DNA from: Saccharolobus islandicus REY15A
Lineage (GTDB): Archaea; Thermoproteota; Thermoprotei_A; Sulfolobales; Sulfolobaceae
Assembly: GCF_000189555.1 (NCBI RefSeq)
Contig: NC_017276.1
Direction: 5' to 3' (one strand)
DNA: 64,000 bases
Under the pieces are notes generated by a model. That model did not search any database, was not told the DNA's origin, and was given only the letters and a program-made list of their open reading frames with translations. Every line of letters starts with the position of its first letter. The first letter of the stretch is position 1. Shown here in pieces: positions 12,157 through 21,059 of this stretch. Both the position numbers and the translations under genes were made by a program.

Positions 12157-12688
12157 CTTTAATCACCTCAGACGACTTTCCAATTCCAGTCGTCTTTACT
12201 CTTAAAAATATAGAGGACTCGAGAAGATAGTATTGAATGTCCTCTAACAACTCATACCAAGCGATGTTGGGAATATCACTCCTTATTTTAATGTCTAACT
12301 CATGAGCAATTTTCTTCAATGATGGGACACATGAAAAAGTTGTAATAGAACACCTATCACACTGATATGTAGCATCGTAATAGTTGAAATATATCAAATG
12401 TCTATCATTAGTGATATACATTATCCCCTCCTTCAAATTTATCCCTTTATTATTTACCGTAAAGGGAAGTACTGCCTTAAAACCAATTGCATTGTCAATT
12501 AGTAACCCCATTCTCCTTAGCCTATCTACGATAAAGTAAAAATAACTCTTACTGATCTCCCCATCCCTCCTATCACTGCTTAAAACCCTTAAGTAATCTT
12601 TTACCTTGCTGAAACTGTCATCCCTAAGTAATATAACGTCATCTGAAATTATTGGCCTTGCAACATTGTTGATCACAAGGAGACACAT
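12131..12688 (-). CDS. Hypothetical protein with Cys cluster (CDRC...C)
   Basis: 185-aa ORF with typical codon usage, first of three co-oriented genes. Confidence 0.6.
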   Translation of the reverse strand: MCLLVINNVARPIISDDVILLRDDSFSKVKDYLRVLSSDRRDGEISKSYFYFIVDRLRRMGLLIDNAIGFKAVLPFTVNNKGINLKEGIMYITNDRHLIYFNYYDATYQCDRCSITTFSCVPSLKKIAHELDIKIRSDIPNIAWYELLEDIQYYLLESSIFLRVKTTGIGKSSEVIKVGEYARDL

Positions 12689-13109
12689 ATACGATACTAT
12701 TCTTCTTTTTACGATAAAAATTTAACCATATTAACTTTCTCAAAACGTTAATTAACACTGTTAAAGAAAGTCGTTTTTGCCCAATTTTAATTAGATAAAA
12801 AAGTTAAAATTTTCTTAATTCCAATATGTATTTATGAACTAAACGTTAAAGGCAAGGGTAAACTTTCAGTTGTAAATTATTTTTCTCGAAACTCATAAAC
12901 TATATCATAAATCAAGGATTAAATTTCTAGTGAAAAGTATAAAGATTAATTAATTATTTTGAATAATGCATAGCATCAAGGATAAACCTAGGATAACCCA
13001 GCATATAAATGAGAAATTGGCTATTCAAGAATCCTATAAACAAAATTGTGCTAATCTTCTTTTTCTTACTATTATTACTACTATAGAATAGCAACGGGAA
13101 AAATATATA

Positions 13110-13796
13110 TTATAAATTCTTAATTGTGATATCCCCGTGATATGGTATCAATACAGTATAGGGAAGGGATACTAAATAATTAAACGAGTTCACGGCAAAG
13201 TCGTAATTCCAAGAGAATATTCTAAGGGGTGGTGATAACGTATTTCTAACATTCCTAATAGCATCACCAACTATCAAATACTTACCATCAAATAAGGCAA
13301 TATGCCCCTTTGTATGCCCCGGTACATGTATAACCTTAAACCCTCCCAACTCCTCACCGCCTTTTAATGCAACATCAACCTTAACTGATTCATAATGCAA
13401 ATTGTTAATCCTCTCCATGGTCTTCTTAAAGATTGAAAACGAAACGCCCAACTCATCACTATAAATTATGTTATATTTTGGAGGATTTTCCAAATTTTCT
13501 AACTCATCCACATGGGCATATATTTTAGCATCACTTATTCTCTTTATTGTCATAGCGTTGCCGGCATGATCGTGATGCCAATGTGTTATTACGATATCCG
13601 AAATATCTTCTAGCGAATATCCCCATGTCTTAAGATAGGACTCAATCTGATCAAGGTATCCCGGTAAACCAGTATCAACAATCATTAACCCCCCACAAGG
13701 ACCATTCTCTATAACGGATATATTGTGATTAAGTATCGTATCGAAAAATTCAGGCTCTAACAACTCCATTATCCTAACCTTACCGATTTTAACCAT
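13110..13796 (-). CDS. Metallo-beta-lactamase-fold hydrolase/oxygenase
   Basis: IVDTG, THWHHDHAG (HxHxDH), PGHTKGH, GDA and PYHG motifs; start overlaps the rSAM stop. Confidence 0.9.
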   Translation of the reverse strand: MVKIGKVRIMELLEPEFFDTILNHNISVIENGPCGGLMIVDTGLPGYLDQIESYLKTWGYSLEDISDIVITHWHHDHAGNAMTIKRISDAKIYAHVDELENLENPPKYNIIYSDELGVSFSIFKKTMERINNLHYESVKVDVALKGGEELGGFKVIHVPGHTKGHIALFDGKYLIVGDAIRNVRNTLSPPLRIFSWNYDFAVNSFNYLVSLPYTVLIPYHGDITIKNL

Positions 13797-14980
13797 TAAT
13801 CCATCACCAAACGTATTAATCTAACAACCTTTTCGTACGCTTCCCTCTTACAATCGTCCCCATTAATGCTACTCAAAAATTTACAACCACCCATACACAA
13901 AGGTAGATATGGACACGATTTACACTTATCCTCAATTTTAACCTTCCACCATAACGACTTGTTCGTTACTTTAACACTCCCATCCTCTTCCAATTTACCC
14001 TTAACGTAAAGCGGATTACCGGTGAAAGCCCAACAAGGGTAAATATTTCCCTCTGGATCAACTACAATATCTTCATTTGAATAGGCAACACAAAAACCTA
14101 GTCTAAATACGTCATGAGGAACTTCAAATCCATATTTTCTCGCAGTCTCCCAGAATTTCACTAAAACATCTCCTTCAGCCTTGCTGGATATTGTGAAATC
14201 CCACCACTCATTTCTGAACATGTTTGAATGAACCAAATGAGGGTCTAATCTCACTTTATTTATCCCTTCCCTCTTCAACTCGTCCAATAGCTCCTCTATT
14301 TCGGTCAAGTTCTTTACATCAATGTTTATCCTCAATACTACTTTTATCAAATCTTGTACCTCCTTTAGATTCTTCACTATTACATCGAATGAACCCTTAC
14401 CTCTAACAAAGAACCTCCTCTCATCGTGAACTTCTTTTGGTCCGTCTAACGTTATTTGTGCATAAGTCAACCCTAGTGGAATTAGTCTTTCAGCTATTTT
14501 TCTAGTTAAAAGAGAACCGTTAGTCACTACACTGAACGAGTATTTTAAGTCAGATAATTCTCTCGATATCTCCTCTATTTTCCTAAGCTGTAAGAGTGGT
14601 TCTCCACCAAAGTAGGTTATCCTTACCTTCCTACCTCTCTCGTTTTTCCTAATATAGTTTACGAAACCTCTTATAACCTTATCTGATACTGAAACGTTTT
14701 TCCTAAACCCTTTCTGGAAACAGTAAATACAATCGAAGTTGCAGTTATAAGTTAACACAAGAGTGGGTTCTAGAACGGGTTTTCTTAAAAATTTATCAAT
14801 TTCCTCATCTAAATCCTCATCTGCAGCTGAAAAGCCTTCCTCTATTATATCCTTTAAATGTTCTGGTACAATCCCTTTCCTTAACTTTTCAATTTCCCAT
14901 AAATTGAGCTTAATTGCGTATCCAGTGAGGGTATTGAAGAGGACATCTTCAATAAAAAGATTAAACTTGGAGAGGGCCAT
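13796..14980 (-). CDS. Radical SAM/SPASM peptide maturase candidate
   Basis: [23 protein letters not shown]; SPASM cysteines CVA...GNIYPCW...[14 protein letters not shown]...C; short N-terminal segment (VLFNTLTG) resembling an RRE. Confidence 0.9.
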   Translation of the reverse strand: MALSKFNLFIEDVLFNTLTGYAIKLNLWEIEKLRKGIVPEHLKDIIEEGFSAADEDLDEEIDKFLRKPVLEPTLVLTYNCNFDCIYCFQKGFRKNVSVSDKVIRGFVNYIRKNERGRKVRITYFGGEPLLQLRKIEEISRELSDLKYSFSVVTNGSLLTRKIAERLIPLGLTYAQITLDGPKEVHDERRFFVRGKGSFDVIVKNLKEVQDLIKVVLRINIDVKNLTEIEELLDELKREGINKVRLDPHLVHSNMFRNEWWDFTISSKAEGDVLVKFWETARKYGFEVPHDVFRLGFCVAYSNEDIVVDPEGNIYPCWAFTGNPLYVKGKLEEDGSVKVTNKSLWWKVKIEDKCKSCPYLPLCMGGCKFLSSINGDDCKREAYEKVVRLIRLVMD

Positions 14981-14992
14981 GACTATTTGCCC

Positions 14993-15079
14993 TCAGTCTC
15001 CCCAGCTTGGAGAGTAACCACATCTACCATATTTCCTCTCTATTACAACTACCTTTTTTGCTTGAAGAGTTGCCTCCAT
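14993..15079 (-). CDS. Putative RiPP precursor peptide, 28 aa (MEATLQAKKVVVIERKYGRCGYSPSWGD)
   Basis: Manual translation: ATG at 15079, TGA at 14993-14995, 12 bp before the rSAM start; preceded by GGGTGG SD-like sequence and a TTTAAA TATA-like box; below the ORF-track size cutoff. Confidence 0.75.
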   Translation of the reverse strand: MEATLQAKKVVVIERKYGRCGYSPSWGD

Positions 15080-15213
15080 TTTTCCACCCGTAAGGCTACA
15101 TATGATTAATTACATTTAAACTTAATATTTGAAAGAGGGCCATTTGCGCAATTAACAGTATTTAGGCGGTATTATGAAGAACCATTTAAAAATCTAGAAT
15201 ATTCGACAATAAT

Positions 15214-15770
15214 ATGGGAAAAGGGCTTTTAAAAATAAAGGAATTGGAAGGAGAGGCGCTGTTCTTTCTAGACGAGAGTAGGATAGTCATTAGCACGTCA
15301 ATTAGGAAGGTTTTGGCCAAGATTGGTAGTAAGCCCGTGACGCACGTTAATATAGGTTTTTCTTCACTTCACGTTTTTCTCACTATAAACGCGTGGACTG
15401 GTGAAGTGGTTGTTGGTATTCTTAGGAGGACCAATTCTGAGTCTTTGAAGTAATTCTTGAGGTACTTTAAGAGGCGTATAGGTAATGGAAGGGTTTACAT
15501 GGTTATGGATAATTATTCTCCTCATAAAACCAAGGGTACGCTTGAGGTTTGTAGTAGGAAGGGTATTTATCCCATATTTACTCCTCCTTATTCGCCCGAG
15601 CTTAACATGGCCGAGGCAATCTTCAAGCCCTTCAAGGTATACATGAGTAATAAAGTTTCGCTCGATAGATGAGGTTGTAAATTGTATTGAACAGTTCTTT
15701 GAGGAAAATAAGTATAGGTTTAATCTTAATGCAATAACGTACTTAGGATTAGATAAAATTGAGGTCTAAG
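15214..15770 (+). mobile_element. IS630-family transposase remnant
   Basis: LDES...MDNYSPHK...PPYSPELNMAE DDE motifs; in-frame stop after 15450; N-terminal HTH missing; boundaries approximate. Confidence 0.8.
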
Positions 15771-15780
15771 AACTTTCCGA

Positions 15781-16130
15781 ATTTTTACCTGTTATGTGCA
15801 CACGAAGTTGGGAGTTTACCTCATTTACTCTGTGGGGGATAGGAATGAGAGTACTTTTCGCGAGGTCAAAAAGTATTTGTTGGATGAGGGTAGATGGGTG
15901 AGCGATGATTATAACTTGTACTTCTGGTTGAAAGGTTACACGGTTGTCTCACCGGTTAACCCTAACGAGTCACTGTACTCTTCATCGAGGGATAGGCTAA
16001 TTAGATTCAAGAGGGCTACTAAGGCAGTAAATAGGAGCATTAGTACCATGATGTACTCCATAGCCCTAGTCTTATGGAAAAAGAGGTTAATCCCAGAATT
16101 TGTTGCTTAATGATGACATTATCTCCACAC
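15781..16130 (+). mobile_element. 3' half of an IS1-family element (ISC796-like)
   Basis: FTCYVHTKLGVYLIYSVGDRNEST...WVSDDY...RDRLIRFKRATKAVNRS is InsB-like; ends in TATCTCCACAC (16120-16130). Confidence 0.7.
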
Positions 16131-16410
16131 TCGTCCAGTCTATTGAAACGTTTATTTCCTTCTCTCCTTCAGCGTCTTCGAGGATATTTTCCTCACTTGT
16201 TCCAAGAGTTTCTCAAGTGGTGTTAGGTTTTACGGCATTGAATTAGAGGACATAAGGAAGGCAATTGAGAGGGCTACTGTTAAAGAGTAAAACATTTGAT
16301 TTTCCTTAAATCTTGTTTTTTCTGCCAACTTTTCCGGAAAAGCTGACAGCATATTAGCAAAATTTATTTAAATCTTGACACCAACTATTATTGTGTCATA
16401 CATTTCACAG

Positions 16411-17694
16411 ATGAGCTTTCAAAACCCTTGGTGGGTTGATAAGAATAGGATACTTGAAGATGAACACGTGAAAAGGGCTAAGGTTATAGTACCACCAATC
16501 GATGAGAGTGCTTTGATATTAGGACCTAGGCAGGTGGGAAAAACGACTTTCCTAAAAACTACCATAAAGACCTTGCTTGAGAGAGAAGACCCTAGGTCAA
16601 TTCTCTTCTTCTCTTGTGACGCGTTTTCCAAGAAGGAGGAGTTAATAAGTTTAGTTAACGAGTACAGAACGTTAGTCAATAGGGAGAAAAGTGCGTACAT
16701 ATTTTTAGATGAAATAACTTCAGTGAGCGATTGGAATACAGCTTTGCTACACTTGTTCAATGCTGGTTACTTTAATGACTCATTGATTTACGTCACTGGT
16801 TCTTCCTCTATAAATTTGAGGAAAGAGATGCTACCGGGGAGACCCATAAAGAAGTACGTGTTTTACCCCTTGAATTTTAGAGTTTATTTCAACACTTTTT
16901 ATAAAAAATTAATACAAGATCACGTGAAAGTTGACGAGAAGGATGAACTTTACGAAAACGCTTTGAAGCTCTTACCATATATTTCAGAGTTAAACAAGGC
17001 TTTATTGGAATACATTAGGCGAGGGGGTTTCTTCGCAACTTCATTTTCCGAAAACCCATTATCGCTTTACGAGGCTTATAAGGACGCAATACTTTCAGAG
17101 TTTTTAAAGACTGAGAGAAAGGAGAGCATGTTTAAGGTAATTATTAGGAAAATAATTGAGAGCTATGGTAGTAGGATTTCTGAAAACACTATTGCCAAAG
17201 ACGTTAACGTTTCTCACACTACTATTGGCGATTACTTAGACGTTTTAGAAAAGTTGTTCATTATAAGGACTTTTAGGAAGATAGAGGGAGGGGGAAAGAC
17301 TAATTATAGGAGTTTGAAGAAGGTGTATTTTATTGACCCCTTCTTCTTTAGGGTAATGAAGATTTATAGTGTTGGCAAAGACATTGATGATATCGAGATA
17401 CCTTTGATCGTTGAGGGAATTGTCGGCGAGCATTTGGCAAGGGAATACAAAGAGGTTGGTTATTTACATTTTAAGAGCGGTAAGGAGGTTGACTTCTCTG
17501 TAGGTAATGTAAAAGTTGAGGTTAAGTGGAGGAGAGAGAAAGAAAAGAAGAGATATAATAACGTTGATTACGTTTTAACTATTGATGAGTTTAAGAAAAG
17601 TGATGAGCAATTAACTTTGCCAGTCTCAATTTTCCTCTATTTAATCTCCTCTGATAAGTTCTTTTATGAGTTGACTAGTATTTCCCACTTGTAA
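16411..17694 (+). CDS. AAA+ ATPase with DUF4143-like C-terminal domain
   Basis: GPRQVGKTT Walker A, IFLDEI Walker B, TGSS, KKVYFIDP, EVDF...VEVK. The ATG at 16411 (MSFQNPWW) is preferred over the TTG at 16375. Confidence 0.85.
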   Translation: MSFQNPWWVDKNRILEDEHVKRAKVIVPPIDESALILGPRQVGKTTFLKTTIKTLLEREDPRSILFFSCDAFSKKEELISLVNEYRTLVNREKSAYIFLDEITSVSDWNTALLHLFNAGYFNDSLIYVTGSSSINLRKEMLPGRPIKKYVFYPLNFRVYFNTFYKKLIQDHVKVDEKDELYENALKLLPYISELNKALLEYIRRGGFFATSFSENPLSLYEAYKDAILSEFLKTERKESMFKVIIRKIIESYGSRISENTIAKDVNVSHTTIGDYLDVLEKLFIIRTFRKIEGGGKTNYRSLKKVYFIDPFFFRVMKIYSVGKDIDDIEIPLIVEGIVGEHLAREYKEVGYLHFKSGKEVDFSVGNVKVEVKWRREKEKKRYNNVDYVLTIDEFKKSDEQLTLPVSIFLYLISSDKFFYELTSISHL

Positions 17695-18116
17695 AAAACC
17701 CTAGTATTCTTGTACAGATAAGTCCACATCTCATCCACAACCTTAGTAACAACACTACCCTTAACTAAGCCTTTAGTCTTCCCCCACAACTTAACAGGCT
17801 TCTCGTACTTCTGCCCACTATAACGCTTAATCCAAGTGAACACAGTACCTAGAGGTACATTAAGCACCTTGGATATGGCCCTCATACCATTAACATCTTT
17901 AAAGCCTCCTCCCTCAACTTCTTAGAATGGTAAGTAGCATCACCCAAGAAGTACCTACCACAATCCCTACACAAATACCTCTGCCTACTACACTTAACTA
18001 CATGATGAGAACCACAAGAGGGGCAAGAAACGTCTTGCCTAACTACAGCCTTCCTACCCATAAGTAATACTTGTTATACAAATATAAATAGCTTAATGGC
18101 TACACTATCTCCACAC
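17685..18116 (-). mobile_element. 5' half of an IS1-family element (ISC796-like), frameshifted
   Basis: Zn-ribbon remnants, MRAISKVLNVPLGTVFTWIKRY HTH, VVDEMWTYLY; terminal repeat TATCTCCACAC at 18106-18116. Confidence 0.75.
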
Positions 18117-18217
18117 CGAATTATTCAGATTTAGGTTTAAACATTTCATGTCTAATATAAACATTGAGCCATAAGATTTAAAAATTAGAAATACAATTTA
18201 TATATTAGTGGTGTTAT

Positions 18218-18424
18218 ATGAGCTTAACACTTAAGCAAAAGGAAGACCTTCAGAATGTTAAGAAGAAGCTAGAGGAGATCTTCGACCCTCCAATATATGA
18301 GATACCGATAGAGAGACTACCGGAGGATCTAAGATATTGTCTTGAATACCCTAACGAATGGAAATATGTACAAAGAATAGGTTTATTCTTTAAAAAAGTA
18401 GTTTATCTTATGATAAAAAGTTAA
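18218..18424 (+). CDS. Small hypothetical protein, possibly truncated
   Basis: 68-aa ORF directly after a TTTATA TATA-like box. Confidence 0.4.
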   Translation: MSLTLKQKEDLQNVKKKLEEIFDPPIYEIPIERLPEDLRYCLEYPNEWKYVQRIGLFFKKVVYLMIKS

Positions 18425-18786
18425 ATGAAATCTTCATCTCTTTTCTACATATAAGTTGATTAATCTCTTATACTTCGGAATTCAGACAAGCAATTTTCTT
18501 AATTTGGAATTTAGCTAAAATTTACTTAAAATCTTTTCTTTTAAACTCTCTGAGTAACAATAAAATTTTTATATTGGGTTAAACTTACAATACTGTCACT
18601 TTATTAATAGATAAATCTTACGATAATTAAAAGCTTTAACCCCATCTCAGAGAGGCGAAGGCTTGTCGTTCTTTTTGTTAACCATAACATAATCAAGAGT
18701 AATGCATACTTGATTACCGTACCTAGAAGAGTTGGAAAGTCCATTTAAGCATCAAGATTTATATACTATGACTATAAAGGGAGATC

Positions 18787-19485
18787 ATGCCTCAGTATGA
18801 AATTCTTGGAAAAGATTTACAGTACTTAAAAGTAATGCTAGGTGAAGGAGAAGCAATTTACGCTGATGCAGGGCATATGGTTGCAAAACAAAGTTCAGTG
18901 ATAATGAAGACGACAATGAGGGGTGGATTTTTTGGTGCTTTAAAAAGGGAGATAACTGGCGGATCATTTTTCGTAACTGAATTTTTAGGTCCAGGGGAAG
19001 TATACTTATCTGGAGTCTTTCCAGGTCCGATAGTTCAAATACAACTACAAGGCAATGGAATTCTAGCAGAGTCCCATTCTTTCTTATGTGCAGAAAACAA
19101 TGTGAATTACGATGCTACTTTAAATAAACTAGGTGTAGGATGGTTAGGTGGAGAAGGTATATTTTTAGCAAGGTTTAGGGGTGATGGTAACGTATTCTTG
19201 CACGCTTACGGAGGTTTAATTGAGAAATACCTTAATCCTGGAGAGAGTTTGCAAGTTGAAGCGTCTCATTTAATGGCATTTGAAGAAGGTATGAGATATG
19301 GTATTCAACCCGTAGGAGGAATACGATCACTGTTATTCTCTGGAGAGGGTCTATTCTTTGTAAATATTGAAGGTCCAGGAAAAATATGGCTACATACATT
19401 GACTGTTGAACAATTAGTAGCCTCATTAAGACCATATTTACCTCAAGGTCAGCAAGGTGGTCCAGGCTTTAATATTAGGATATAA
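18787..19485 (+). CDS. TIGR00266/AIM24-family protein
   Basis: Repeated beta-rich units; GGSFFVTEFLGPG, GGEGIFLARFRGDGNVFLHAYGG, GEGLFFVNIEGPGKIWL. Confidence 0.85.
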   Translation: MPQYEILGKDLQYLKVMLGEGEAIYADAGHMVAKQSSVIMKTTMRGGFFGALKREITGGSFFVTEFLGPGEVYLSGVFPGPIVQIQLQGNGILAESHSFLCAENNVNYDATLNKLGVGWLGGEGIFLARFRGDGNVFLHAYGGLIEKYLNPGESLQVEASHLMAFEEGMRYGIQPVGGIRSLLFSGEGLFFVNIEGPGKIWLHTLTVEQLVASLRPYLPQGQQGGPGFNIRI

Positions 19486-19821
19486 TCCCCATTAGTTTTA
19501 TTCTTTTTGTGTTAAAATGCTACTAACTCTATTCTGTACATTGATGATTTCAAAGAGTTGGCTAGAAAGAAACTCGGTTTTCAGATAATATATGATTATC
19601 AAAAGCATGTTAGTGTTAAGATAAGGGAGAGGGTCATTCACGCATCCTTTGCGAATTCAGTTTATTTAAAGAATCGTAATGAATTTAATCAAATACCACC
19701 ACACTGACTAGGTGGAGATCCACGCTCAGTAGTTTACTTTATTATGCCAATCCTATTCACAAATTACAATTCGCAAAAGAGACCTGAATCGCCCTAAGGG
19801 AAACGAGTGTTAACAACAATT

Positions 19822-20545
19822 TCATTCATTTGAAATATTTACATTTATTATCACCTCCTTGTCTAATAAACATGTCGGGGTGCAAAGCGTGTTGAATATT
19901 AGAAAGAATGTTGATAACCACCTCGTTATTGTTAACTTGTTGGAGTTCCAAGGGAAGTGGAAGTCCATCGATGCCAGCTTGTGTTTCAAGCTTCTGAACC
20001 CTTGTTCCGCATATTCCCTCTCGTTGAACGTTACCCTTTTGTGTTCTACGTTAAACCATGAGAAGGCGTTGTATGCCGTTGCTCCGTCATGCAGATAAAC
20101 TACCTTATCTACCCTCGTCCTAAACACCCTCCTTGTGATTTCCTCAACCCTACACATGTTCACCAAAACTACCAAAATATGTACTCCACTCCTAACACCC
20201 GTTAACATGAAGAAAGGTATAGCCTTGGTTTTAACGTCCCTGACGATCCACACGTAATAGTACTTGTCCTTGACCAGCCTCACCTTAGTCTCATCAATCG
20301 CATAAACCCCGCTCAATGGTACAGCGTACTTAACATAACTCAACCTCCTATGGTAGTAGAGCAAGGTAGAGTGGGGTAACACTGCCCCCAAGAGGATAAT
20401 CCGGAAATGTAGTCAGCCAAGGCATAGGCTAAGGTATCCTTAGAGTAAAACCTTTGCTTAAGATTAATATACTCCACTAGTATTAGTAGTAATTGGATGA
20501 GCACGGGAACTTTCCACATAGTTCCCGTAATCTCACCTCCAAGTA
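19822..20545 (-). mobile_element. IS6-like DDE transposase pseudogene
   Basis: AIDETK, YLHDG...Y, AEQGFRSLKHK motifs; ATG at 20519 behind a GGAGGTGA SD, followed by a frameshift/stop; ends approximate. Confidence 0.7.
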
Positions 20546-20658
20546 ATACTACCCCTGCTCACCCAAAAAAGTATTACACAAATTGTTCTCTCTAAAAAGA
20601 ATAGACAATTCATATAATTTATTTGGAATTAGCAAAATTGTTGTCCATACTGGAAACT

Positions 20659-20979
20659 GTGAACTACCCTGCCCTTACGGACAGGGCATCTCCACCTCAC
20701 GATGGGGATTTCCTGCTTCTCAGAGCAACCTCGATCCCCCTTCACCCACAGCGGAGGTTCCATCGAACGGAACCGTTCTGTAATGCCCCGTGTGGAAGAG
20801 GGGTTACGGAGGGTTGCTCTCCACAGGCGTAAGTTCCCCCAGTCCCAAGGGTACGGCCCAGCTCTTACAGCCGAGGCCTAAGAATTATCTATTTTTTGCA
20901 ATAAAAAGGTTTCTATAAGGGGGCTATTCATCCCCTACCTTACGGAAGGGGACTTTCGCCCCCTTAACCCCTAATTAAG
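20659..20979 (-). mobile_element. SMN1-type MITE (IS200/IS605-derived), copy 1, 321 bp
   Basis: Reverse complement of 45772-46092; preceded by TTTAA on its own strand; left-end GGGGCGAAAGTCCCC hairpin, right end GGTAGTTCAC; no TIR or TSD. Confidence 0.9.
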
Positions 20980-21059
20980 TTAAAAGAAAATTTTATTTAG
21001 CTTTTGGATTTGTTATTATATTGAAAGACCTAAATGTATTTTTAATAGGGAAATCAACT

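Noticed and set aside
18634-18675. TTTAACCCCATCTCAGAGAGGCGAAGGCTTGTCGTTC, similar to an IS200/605/607 end
   Set aside because: Too short and unpaired to call as an element.
20583-20832. Two short ORFs sharing sequence with the ORF at 45968-46216
   Set aside because: The shared text comes from the MITE, not from a duplicated protein gene.
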